A stretch of DNA of 63,992 nucleotides, counting the filler, from a bacterium (GTDB lineage Bacteria; UBA9089; CG2-30-40-21; SBAY01): the NCBI GenBank assembly GCA_040757115.1. It is 7 parts of 7 records of this genome, joined end to end, with 100 filler letters (N's around TTAATTAATTAA, not from the genome) between each part and the next. Parts side by side here need not be neighbours in the genome. Positions count along the whole stretch, not along the records: positions 1 to 29,608 come from JBFLYA010000022.1; 6 more parts are not named here. One strand, 5' to 3'. Below the pieces are notes generated by a model. That model saw only the letters and a program-made list of their open reading frames with translations, searched no databases and was not told the origin of the DNA. The position numbers and the translations under genes are program-made. The stretch's first letter is position 1, and each line of letters opens with the position of its first letter. Positions 18,721 through 27,398 of this stretch are shown piece by piece.

Positions 18721-19849
18721 ACCTCACAGCGGTTGGGAATGCTATATTTTCCTGCAAAATCTCACTTATTGCCAGGCAGACTTTATCCTGCTGGTCATAT
18801 TTTAGTCTGGGATACATAGGTAATGAGAAAATTTCCTTAGCTGCTTTTTCTGTTTCGGGCAAATCTCCTTCACTATATCCAAGATAACTATAGCCCCGCA
18901 TAATATGAATTGGCCAGGGATAGCTGATATTAACAAATATCTCGCGTTTGGCTAATTCCTTGATAATATCATCACGATTTGAATGCCGACAAACATAAAC
19001 ATAATAGACATGCGTATTGCCTTTTTCTATCTTTGGAAGTGTTAGTGATGTAGAGGCAAGTATTTTATCATAGCGATTAGATAAAGCTTGTCTCATAGCA
19101 ATATAGTCATCCAATCGTTTCAACTTACGCAGTAAAATTTCAGCATGAACTTCATCGAGGCGTGAATTATAGCCATCTTCTTCAGAATAATAAACATTTT
19201 CCATACCATAAAATCGTAACCTTCTCAATTTAGCATTCAATGCATCATTGTTTGTCATAACCATGCCACCATCTCCATATCCACCTAAAGGTTTGGTTGG
19301 GTAAAAGGAAAAAACACCTAAATCACCCATCGAACCTGCCTTGCGTCCTTTATAAGTAGCACCATGGCTTTGTGAACAATCCTCTATGACATAAAGATTG
19401 TATTTTTTAGCCATGGTCAACAAGGAATCCATATCAACACACTGACCAAAAAGATGGACAGGCAATAAACATTTGGTTTTCTCGGTGATGACTGATTCTA
19501 ATTGTTCGACATCCATCAGGTATGTTTCTGGTTTAATGTCAACGAAGCGTGCTTTTGCTCCGGTAGCGGCTATTGCCGCTACGGTTGGGACAGCGGTATT
19601 GGATACAGTTATCACTTCATCGCCACTGCCAATGCCAAGTGCCTTCATAGCAAGGAATAAACCATTGGTGGCATTATCCACACCCACACCATACTTGACA
19701 TTACAATATTGTGCAAAGGCAAATTCAAAATTTTTGACACTTGGTCCTAATATTAACTGACCTGAGCTGAAAACCTTCTCTATGGCATCAAAAATGTCTT
19801 CTTTCTCTGCCTTATATTCATCTAAATAATCCCATACTTTAATCGCCAT
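18713..19849 (-). CDS. DegT/DnrJ/EryC1/StrS NDP-sugar C3-aminotransferase (EvaB/DnrJ-like)
   Basis: VWDYLDEY N-terminus, IEDCSQSHGA, SFYPTKPLGGYGDGG, GYNSRLDEVHA. Confidence 0.9.
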   Translation of the reverse strand: MAIKVWDYLDEYKAEKEDIFDAIEKVFSSGQLILGPSVKNFEFAFAQYCNVKYGVGVDNATNGLFLAMKALGIGSGDEVITVSNTAVPTVAAIAATGAKARFVDIKPETYLMDVEQLESVITEKTKCLLPVHLFGQCVDMDSLLTMAKKYNLYVIEDCSQSHGATYKGRKAGSMGDLGVFSFYPTKPLGGYGDGGMVMTNNDALNAKLRRLRFYGMENVYYSEEDGYNSRLDEVHAEILLRKLKRLDDYIAMRQALSNRYDKILASTSLTLPKIEKGNTHVYYVYVCRHSNRDDIIKELAKREIFVNISYPWPIHIMRGYSYLGYSEGDLPETEKAAKEIFSLPMYPRLKYDQQDKVCLAISEILQENIAFPTAVRSD

Positions 19850-19866
19850 ATTGATCTCCAATTATG

Positions 19867-20826
19867 TCACATAGCCTTATGTGGAAGATTTCTTATGATT
19901 TCTAATAGTTGTGCATCTTCCAGCAGTATTTTGGCAAATCGTTGAAACGAATTATTCTTTATCGATGTTAGCACATCATCAATAAATAAAGCAAATGAAT
20001 CACCCTTCTCAATTGTAAGTTGTTGAGTTCTATTGCCTCTTTTGACATTAATAACTAATTCAATATCCGCAGGTGGCGTAAATATTCGTTCTGTCTCAAA
20101 GTAATAAGATTGTCCTATACAAGAGATACTATTTTTATATTCTGCCTCCAGACTGAAAAATCCTTGCAGAACAGAACCAGAGTCATAAATCATCATCAGA
20201 CTAAATGAAGTATCAACTCCATTCATATTGGATGAAGTTATCCTTGAGATAATTTCAATCGGCTTTTTACCAAAAAATATTCTGCTACAGCTAACGGCAT
20301 AAGACCCTCGATCAAGGATTATACCACTACCTAATTCTGGATTGTAACGGAAATTGTTTGGTTCTAAAGGTGGAGAGGTAAATGTTGCTGTTATGGATAA
20401 AAGAGGCTTATTATCCTCACTAATCATTTTTCGCAGTATCTTTGTCAGAGGATGATATGACCACACATTTGCCTCAGCCAGGCACAACTTGTTTCTTTGT
20501 GCATACTCCACCATATTCTCCGCATCAGCCAGATTAATAACTGCTGGTTTATCCACCATCACATGGAACCTTTTATTTAATGCTTGCCTTATCCATTCTG
20601 CATGCATACTATTGGGCAAAGACACATAAACCAACTCACCCCTGTATTTAGAAATTGCCTCTCCATAATCGTGATAAACATCACCACGCTTTTCCAAAGG
20701 AATTATATTCTCAATTGGATTTTGTCGTGTTGCCAGATGGATTTTTTCAATATTCTTCAAAGACAATAAAGCAGGTATTACCCTTCGCCTGGCTATTGAT
20801 GAATAACCGATGATAAGTATTTCCAT
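19867..20826 (-). CDS. Gfo/Idh/MocA oxidoreductase, probable NDP-hexose 3-ketoreductase
   Basis: GYSSIARRRVIPAL, VYVSLPNSMH, LGSGIILDRGSY, RIFTPP; adjacent to the 2,3-dehydratase. Confidence 0.8.
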   Translation of the reverse strand: MEILIIGYSSIARRRVIPALLSLKNIEKIHLATRQNPIENIIPLEKRGDVYHDYGEAISKYRGELVYVSLPNSMHAEWIRQALNKRFHVMVDKPAVINLADAENMVEYAQRNKLCLAEANVWSYHPLTKILRKMISEDNKPLLSITATFTSPPLEPNNFRYNPELGSGIILDRGSYAVSCSRIFFGKKPIEIISRITSSNMNGVDTSFSLMMIYDSGSVLQGFFSLEAEYKNSISCIGQSYYFETERIFTPPADIELVINVKRGNRTQQLTIEKGDSFALFIDDVLTSIKNNSFQRFAKILLEDAQLLEIIRNLPHKAM

Positions 20827-20841
20827 TCTATCTCCCTTTCC

Positions 20842-22272
20842 TTACTGGCTTGATTGGACAGACAAACAAGATAACAACCCCCTTGCTTCTATGTTCAAAT
20901 AATTATTAAATCTAATAAATCCTTTTATCTGATGGATGGTCATCCAGACATAATTGTCAGGTAGTTTTAATTCCTCATCTTCATCAGCTTCAATAACAAG
21001 ATAACGGTTCTGGTCATGGTAAAACCTTCCGCCTTCTTCAGATTGTAGGGCACTGTAGCGTATCTGGTCTGGTCTAGCATTAACAACAAAATCATAAAAT
21101 GGCGGAAAAAGATTTGTCTGCTCATAATTAGAGGGAGTGCATTGTAGGGTTGGAGCCATTTCAAGGCAATCAAAATTGCCTGGTTCAACCCTTCCTTGAA
21201 TAAGGAAATGCAGAATACCATTTTTTTTCTGGCAAATAAAACATAAAATCCCTCCTTTGGCGGATTCAATTAAAGGTTGTTCCCAACCTTGCACCTCACG
21301 ATTACTTGCTTTAACCGCTACCCCGATGATGGAAAAGTATTTCCCATTCTCTGCTCGAATAACATTTCCGTCATTTTGCCATCCTTTTACTTGATTAAGA
21401 GCAATTCGAGAAATTTTCAGTTCATAATGTGTTTTCATATGAGTGAACCAGCTGACAATGTTATCAAAGTCATTCACCGCCTCGGGTTCATTTCTTAATG
21501 ATGATAACAAAACAGCCTGGTCAAAAGAAAGTTTATCTCTATTCTTGAGTAAATAATTCAAGTTGTCTTCATTGTCATCGAACCGTATGCAGGATAGGAC
21601 AGTGCGAGAATCCATATTAATCAAATTATCTATCTTGAGTAATTCAAATAATTGTCCTAATGTCAGCCAGCAGAAATCATCATATACTTCAATATCTTCA
21701 TCTTCCTGAATTTCAACAATCATATTGCGATTACGCTTGCATAAAAACCGCGAGCCTTGCTCAGACTGCAACTGGTCAATCAAAAATTTATTATTTTTTC
21801 TATCCAAAAAATAATCTAAGTATTTTGGTCTGGAACCACCGTGAACCTGGGTAAAATTACTTCGCGTTGCCTGCACGGTTGGTGATATTTGCACCAAATT
21901 CACATTTCCGGGCTCCATTTTAGCCTGAACAAGAAAATGCACTACTCCATTTATTTTTTTTACTAAAAACCCTAATATTCCGATTTCTGGCTGATTGATA
22001 ATTGGTTGCATCCAGTGACTGGTATGCCCAAAATTTGTTTGGACATCTATCCCTTCAATACGGAAAAATTTCCCACTCTCATGCACAAGATTACCGGTAT
22101 CTTTTTCAAAATACCAGCCTTTTAATTTATTCAATGAGGTTTTCTCAACTAAAAAAGTGTTGGCCTGACAACGATTTTCTAACCATCTAAAGAATTCCGA
22201 TAGCTTTAAAATACCCTCCTTGACAAGAGCGGATTTCAGGAATTCTTTTTCCCATCTTTTTTTTGAAACCAT
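20842..22272 (-). CDS. NDP-hexose 2,3-dehydratase (EvaA/SpnO/OleV family)
   Basis: Duplicated domain: QPIINQPEIGILG, QAKMEPGN, SPTVQATRSN, QSEQGSRF and QSEEGGRFY. Confidence 0.93.
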   Translation of the reverse strand: MVSKKRWEKEFLKSALVKEGILKLSEFFRWLENRCQANTFLVEKTSLNKLKGWYFEKDTGNLVHESGKFFRIEGIDVQTNFGHTSHWMQPIINQPEIGILGFLVKKINGVVHFLVQAKMEPGNVNLVQISPTVQATRSNFTQVHGGSRPKYLDYFLDRKNNKFLIDQLQSEQGSRFLCKRNRNMIVEIQEDEDIEVYDDFCWLTLGQLFELLKIDNLINMDSRTVLSCIRFDDNEDNLNYLLKNRDKLSFDQAVLLSSLRNEPEAVNDFDNIVSWFTHMKTHYELKISRIALNQVKGWQNDGNVIRAENGKYFSIIGVAVKASNREVQGWEQPLIESAKGGILCFICQKKNGILHFLIQGRVEPGNFDCLEMAPTLQCTPSNYEQTNLFPPFYDFVVNARPDQIRYSALQSEEGGRFYHDQNRYLVIEADEDEELKLPDNYVWMTIHQIKGFIRFNNYLNIEARGLLSCLSVQSSQ

Positions 22273-22276
22273 ATCA

Positions 22277-22711
22277 CTATCTACCTTTTGGTTCCTCCCG
22301 CCATGGCAATCCTTTAACTTTAAGATATTCTTCCCATGTCCTTATCGATTTTGACATATCATATTTAGTATTGGCAAGTATAAGACAAACACCATCCGGG
22401 CTAAAGTTATACATATGTATCCAGAGCATCCTTGGCACATAAATTCCTTTTCCAGAGTCATCAAGCAAAAATGTCTTAACCTCCTCTCCATCTGACACAT
22501 CCACCTTCAACGAGCCATGTATGCCAATTAATACCTGATCTGTATCTCTATGAGCGTGGCCACCCCTGGCTACACCTAATACTACCTGATGAACATAAAA
22601 TACCCTGGCAATTTGGAAAGGAATATGCTCTTCACCCTCAATAGCAGTCAAACGACCTCTTTCATCTCTAACATCCTGAAATTTAATCCAATCAACTATT
22701 TCTAAATTCAT
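22277..22711 (-). CDS. FdtA/QdtA-type dTDP-sugar 3,4-ketoisomerase (cupin)
   Basis: DERGRLTAIE, IPFQIARVFY, RGGHAH motifs. Confidence 0.9.
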   Translation of the reverse strand: MNLEIVDWIKFQDVRDERGRLTAIEGEEHIPFQIARVFYVHQVVLGVARGGHAHRDTDQVLIGIHGSLKVDVSDGEEVKTFLLDDSGKGIYVPRMLWIHMYNFSPDGVCLILANTKYDMSKSIRTWEEYLKVKGLPWREEPKGR

Positions 22712-22950
22712 ATCATCTGATTACCAATTTCTAATACCTTTTCATATACTTTGATTGTGCCTTCAGCCATACTTTCCAAACTAAACTCTCTTACTGCTGT
22801 TTTTCTTCCTTCTTCTTCAATCTTTTTCTTTAATTTAGAATCCTGCTCTATCCTGATTATACTTTCACTTAGGCTCTTGATATCTCCTTTGGGCACAAGA
22901 ATACCCTTTTCTCCATCTTTAATTACCGTTGGGACACTGCCAATATTAAA
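22708..22950 (-). pseudogene. Glycosyltransferase family 4, C-terminal fragment
   Basis: NIGSVPTVIKDGEKGILVP...FSLESMAEGTIKVYEK; 5' part replaced by CACAAAG-type repeats. Confidence 0.75.
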
Positions 22951-23054
22951 GATCACAAAGAGTTTCACAAAAGAGTCAAAGATTTTTGAGAGAATAAATT
23001 TTTCCCTTTATTTCTTTGTGTACTTTGTGGTTAATTTCAGAGACCATCTAATTT

Positions 23055-23092
23055 TCTTCGTGTCCTTCGTGTTCTTCGTGGTGAATAGTTAC
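23055..23092 (-). repeat. Solitary GTAAC/CACGAAG element end (right-facing)
   Basis: TCTTCGTGTCCTTCGTGTTCTTCGTGGTGAATAGTTAC. Confidence 0.8.
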
Positions 23093-23215
23093 TCAAAATG
23101 TAAAATTATCTCTTTCCTTTCAGCGTTAAAATACTTGAAGCAAAGATATTACCAATTTGAAATTTGATTTGTAATTTTGCATTTTGATATTTATATTTGA
23201 TATTTAATATTTATT
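23093..23215 (-). mobile_element. Internally deleted four-helix-bundle element
   Basis: Minus strand: AAATATC repeats, MQNYKSNFK joined out of frame to GNIFASSILTLKGKR*; shares sequence with 29505-29600, 35313-35379 and 47841-47936. Confidence 0.65.
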
Positions 23216-23220
23216 TGTTG

Positions 23221-23250
23221 TCTCCCCCAAATCCTATTTTGCAGAACCCT
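23221..23250 (-). repeat. Dispersed repeat AGGGTTCTGCAAAATAGGATTTGGGG (IS-end-like)
   Basis: Other copies at ~35247 and ~42146. Confidence 0.65.
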
Positions 23251-23351
23251 AAATTATAATAATACTATATTTTACTTCATTTTGTCAAGAGGCTGACCGA
23301 GAATCTTTTAAAAATATCTTCTACTATTTTGGTAAAACCTACTAATAAAAA

Positions 23352-23432
23352 GTAACTATTCAGCCACAGATGGACACAGATGAAACACGGATTTTATTTT
23401 TTATCCGTGCTAATCCGTGGCTGAATAGTTAC
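23352..23432. mobile_element. 81-bp GTAAC-ended hairpin element
   Basis: GTAACTATTCAGCCAC ... GTGGCTGAATAGTTAC perfect 16-bp TIR with CACAGAT/ATCCGTG arrays. Confidence 0.8.
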
Positions 23433-23515
23433 TAATCTTTTATGTGATCTAATTTATTTCTATGTCTTCTCTGTTTCTCTGCGTCTGTGCGGTAAATTAC
23501 CACCTGAACGGTTAC
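23433..23515. repeat. Right part of the 254-bp GTAAC MITE family
   Basis: Homologous to ~25967-26049; terminal base overlaps the glyS TAG. Confidence 0.7.
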
Positions 23516-25650
23516 TATTTTTCAATCTCTGAGAAATTGGCTATTTTTAAAAATAAACCGGCTATCATCGCCAATAACGCCAGTCTGTTCTTTCGTAACT
23601 CCTTATCCTCAACCATCACCATGACCTCATCAAAGAAATTATCAATTGGTTGGCGAAGTTGGGCTAATGTCCATAGATAGTTTGAATAATCCTTTTTTAT
23701 CAGATAAGATTCTAATTCTTCTTTAATCTTTAGATAAACAGCATAAAGATTTTTTTCAGAATCTTCTACAAATAATTCCTTTCTGACTTCTGATTTGTGA
23801 GTTTTGATTTCTGTTTTCACGATATTCATTGCTCGTTTAAAGGCAATAATTAGTGGTTCAAAGTCAGCGGTTTTAGAAAATTTTGATAAAGCATCAGCCC
23901 TCTGGAGCACATCCAGAATATCATCTACACCTACGGATAATAAGCCTTGAGCTTGACTTGAAGTTACTATCCCTGGTTGTGAAAACATACCATTTATCAA
24001 TATATTTTGCAATCTCTGGGTTAAAAAGGTTAACACCTCAATCGCTACCTTTTCTTTATCTCTTTTTATCTTACCCTCTAATAAAATCAAGGCATAGTCA
24101 ATTAATTCCCGTAAAGATAAGGGAGGAATAGATGGGGTTGCGGGAATTTTAAAAAACTCAGCCGCTAAAATATTAATTATTCCCTGTGCCTGTCTTCTAA
24201 GTGCATACGGGTCTTCAGAACCACTCGGGATTAATCCAACACTAAAACAACCCACGATTGAATCTATTTTATCAGCAAGGCTCACGATGCTTCCAGTTAG
24301 GGTTTGTGGTAAAACCCCATCTGCCGAAGTCGGTAAATAATGTTCCCAGATTGCTCTGGCAACATCTTTATCTTCACCCGAACTAAGGGCATAGTAATAG
24401 CCCATTATTCCTTGAAGTTTCGGGAACTCGCCAACTATTTCTGTGGATAAATCTGCCTTTGCCAGTAATGCCGCCCGACTTGCCTTTGCGGTATTCTCTG
24501 GGGCTATTTTTTTCGAGATAAACTCGGCTAATTTTACAATTCTAAGTGTTTTCTCATAAACCGTGCCCAAATCCTCCTGCCAGACCCTTTCTTTTTCCTC
24601 CTCTAACCGTGATTCTAATGAAATCTTCTTATCTTGACTAAAAAAGAAAAAAGCATCGGATAGTCTTGCCGAAAGCACCCGCTCATTCCCTGCACGAATA
24701 ATATTGAGCGTATCCTTAGTCACCTTTTCAGGATTAGTATTGGCGATGACTAAGAAATTTGGCAAAAAGTTATTTTCTTTATCGACAAGATGAAAATACC
24801 GTTGATGTTCGCGCATTGCCGAAACTAATACCTCTGGTGGTAATTTTAAGGATTCTTTCGCAAAGTTTCCCACAACCATCGTTGGATATTCTACTAAATA
24901 GACAACCTCATCTAATAATTCATCAAGTTGCGGGGCAAGGCAATTATTATCTTCACAATATGCCTTTATCTCATTGAGAATCATTGCTCGCCTTTTCGCC
25001 TGGTTCACGATGACAAAATTTTCCTTGAGTTTATCTTCATATTCAGCCGGATGATTAATTTTAATCACCCGGTTCGATAAAAATCGATGTCCATAAGAAA
25101 TATTATCTGATTTCATACCGCTGAGTTCAAATTTTAGTTTCTCTTCACCCAAAAGGGCTAATATCCAGCGGACAGGTCGGGCAAAATAGAAATTTTTATC
25201 CTGCCAATACATCGATTTCGGGAAGGAGATAGATTTGATAATTTCCAGGAGGATTTTAGTTAAAACCTCTTTAGTTTCCTTGCCTGGCATTGTTTTATGT
25301 GCCAGGATATAGATACCTTTTGGTGTCTCTTTAAATTTTAATTCTTCTACGGCGATTCCTTGACTTCTGGCAAAGCCTATCGCGGCTTGAGTAGGTTTTC
25401 CGTCGGTGTTAAAAGCCGCATTCTTAGGCGGACCAATTGTTTCTGAAACTAAATCCTTTTGTCTTGAGGCGACCTCCTGAACATACAGCACTAATCTTCT
25501 TGGTGTGCCATAACTAAAAATACCCTTCTGTTCAATTCTTTCTTCTTGAAAAGCCGTATTGGTCAGGTTTTTTAACTGCTCCAGCGCCGGGGGAATATAT
25601 CTTGCAGGTATCTCTTCTGTGCCTATTTCTAACAACAAATCTTTATTCAT
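23515..25650 (-). CDS. glyS: Glycine--tRNA ligase beta subunit
   Basis: LLEIGTEEIPA, TPRRL, FARPVRWI, GNERVLSARLSDA, GSEDPYALRR, DALR-type C-terminus. Confidence 0.96.
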   Translation of the reverse strand: MNKDLLLEIGTEEIPARYIPPALEQLKNLTNTAFQEERIEQKGIFSYGTPRRLVLYVQEVASRQKDLVSETIGPPKNAAFNTDGKPTQAAIGFARSQGIAVEELKFKETPKGIYILAHKTMPGKETKEVLTKILLEIIKSISFPKSMYWQDKNFYFARPVRWILALLGEEKLKFELSGMKSDNISYGHRFLSNRVIKINHPAEYEDKLKENFVIVNQAKRRAMILNEIKAYCEDNNCLAPQLDELLDEVVYLVEYPTMVVGNFAKESLKLPPEVLVSAMREHQRYFHLVDKENNFLPNFLVIANTNPEKVTKDTLNIIRAGNERVLSARLSDAFFFFSQDKKISLESRLEEEKERVWQEDLGTVYEKTLRIVKLAEFISKKIAPENTAKASRAALLAKADLSTEIVGEFPKLQGIMGYYYALSSGEDKDVARAIWEHYLPTSADGVLPQTLTGSIVSLADKIDSIVGCFSVGLIPSGSEDPYALRRQAQGIINILAAEFFKIPATPSIPPLSLRELIDYALILLEGKIKRDKEKVAIEVLTFLTQRLQNILINGMFSQPGIVTSSQAQGLLSVGVDDILDVLQRADALSKFSKTADFEPLIIAFKRAMNIVKTEIKTHKSEVRKELFVEDSEKNLYAVYLKIKEELESYLIKKDYSNYLWTLAQLRQPIDNFFDEVMVMVEDKELRKNRLALLAMIAGLFLKIANFSEIEK

Positions 25651-25659
25651 TCTGAAGAT

Positions 25660-25688
25660 ATTTTACTATACTTTTATATTTCTGTCAA
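25660..25688 (-). promoter_or_regulatory. sigma70 promoter TTGACA-17-TAAAAT, 9 nt upstream of glyS ATG
   Basis: Consensus spacing; no SD. Confidence 0.6.
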
Positions 25689-25738
25689 TAAAAATCAAGT
25701 GATTATTGTAATGGGTGAGTTATTTGGGTGAATAGTTA

Positions 25739-26167
25739 TACCCAAATAAATTGAGTTTGCAAATATTTTGCTCTAAAAAGGGATCAAGGATTCGAGTAAC
25801 CGTTCACCGCAGAGACACAGAGACGCAGAGAAAAAATTAAAAACTATTTACCAGACGCAGAATTCCATCACGGATTTTCATCAGTGCAAGCTTTTGAGGA
25901 CCGACATATCATGATTGATTAACAAATTTGGTTTTGATGTCCTATGTAGGACAATAATTGCATCAATAATCTTTTCTGTTATCTGATTTATTTCCATGTC
26001 TTCTCTGTTCCTCTGCGTCTCTGCGGTGAATTACCACCTGAACGGTTACGGATTCGAGGGGGCAAGGATTCAAGTGCTTGAAAAATAAGGTGTTCACTCG
26101 ACCCCTGGATCCCTTGACCCCTTGAATCCTTTCAAGAAAGTTTTTGCAAACCTGTTTTCTTTGAGTA
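25739..26167. mobile_element. TA-duplicating MITE with 8-mer inverted arrays (outer shell)
   Basis: Imperfect TIRs TACCCAAA..GTTTGCAAA / TTTGCAAAC..TTTGAGTA; removing it and one TA restores GTGAATAGTTAC. Confidence 0.7.
25796..26049. mobile_element. 254-bp GTAAC-ended MITE with 8-bp target duplication (IS66-like ends)
   Basis: GTAACCGTTCA / TGAACGGTTAC ends; GGATTCGA at both 25788-25795 and 26050-26057. Confidence 0.88.
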
Positions 26168-26169
26168 TA

Positions 26170-26895
26170 CTACCCATCATTCTTCAGAGTCTCTTTGAGC
26201 ATTGCCAAAAGCCGATTAGTATCTATGGGCTTTTCTATCCAGCCATAGAAGCCCATCTTCAAGGCATCCTTAATTACTGATTTAAGTGGTTTATCCAGCA
26301 TTAGCATAACCACGACATCCTGGTCGATTTTCCGAACCTCTCTAAATATCTCCAGACCATTCATATCAGGCAAACCATAGTCTAAGAGGATAATATCATA
26401 CTCCTTCTCCCGGACGCGAGCGATAACTTCCTCTCCATTTTTAGCCTCATAGACGATATATTTTTTACCTTCAAGAAAAATCTTGAGTTCCTGTCGCATC
26501 CTTTCGACATCATCGGCAATAAGGACAACTCTCTTTTTAGATTTCAGCACGGATTCAATTTGTTCTAAAAGTTTCTCTATATCAAATGGTTTATGGATAC
26601 AGGCATAAGCCCCTTCCTTAAGTGCTTGATTAATCAAATCTTCAACTGCAAATCCAGTCATCATCAGGACACGAACCCCTGGGATTATTTCTTTTATTTT
26701 CAGGAATACCTCCACACCGTTCATATCTGGTAGTCTGATATCGAGGAGGCAGAGGTTATATGTAGTTTTTCTGACTTTCTCTATTGCCTCATACCCGGAT
26801 TGGGCATAGTCAACCTCATAGCCCGAAATCTCCAGAATTCGTTTTACGATAAATCCCAGGTCTTTTTCGTCATCAACAATTAATATTTTTGCCAT
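26170..26895 (-). CDS. Response regulator with two receiver domains
   Basis: ILIVDDE...LLDIRLPDMNG...HKPF and VLIADD...LLDYGLPDMNG...EKPI; GGAGGAG RBS supports ATG 26895. Confidence 0.9.
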   Translation of the reverse strand: MAKILIVDDEKDLGFIVKRILEISGYEVDYAQSGYEAIEKVRKTTYNLCLLDIRLPDMNGVEVFLKIKEIIPGVRVLMMTGFAVEDLINQALKEGAYACIHKPFDIEKLLEQIESVLKSKKRVVLIADDVERMRQELKIFLEGKKYIVYEAKNGEEVIARVREKEYDIILLDYGLPDMNGLEIFREVRKIDQDVVVMLMLDKPLKSVIKDALKMGFYGWIEKPIDTNRLLAMLKETLKNDG

Positions 26896-26922
26896 TTTTG
26901 ATGCTCCTCCCATTAAAAAATT

Positions 26923-27393
26923 GTAACTGTTCACCGCAGAGACGCAGAGAAACAGAGAAAATAAATCAGATAACAGAAAAGATTATTGAGACAATCTCTA
27001 CAAATATATCGCTCCTCTGGAGCTAATTATGATTGATAGATGGATTCTTCTATAAACATGTCATTCCTACGGAACTGTTTTTATCGCCAATCTAAGATAA
27101 AGAAGTGTTACCCACAAATACTAACTTGACAAGGCACTATTGTCGTGTTGAACAAATAACGCACGGAATTTGATTTTGGTAACTGGTGATTGGTAACTGG
27201 TAATTAAATACCGTTCGGCTGAGCTCAGGACGAAACTATTTAACCAATTACCAGTTACCAGTTACCAATTATTCGTTTGCAGGTTATGAAATCTGATGAT
27301 GCCCCGTGCAAAACTTACTCAACACGACAATAGTGAATCTGCAAATAGATTTTATTTTTTCTCTGCGCCTCTGCGTCTCTGCGGTGAATAATC
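26923..27393. mobile_element. Nested MITE cluster between regulator and kinase
   Basis: GTAACTGTTCACCGCAGAG left end, degenerate CTCTGCGGTGAATAATC right end; contains REP-like hairpins and the 27140-27330 element. Confidence 0.7.
27140..27330. mobile_element. MITE (191 bp), second copy of 15370-15546, TA-flanked
   Basis: TTGTCGTGTTGA / TCAACACGACAA perfect TIR; two extra 7-mer units. Confidence 0.82.
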
Positions 27394-27398
27394 TCTCC

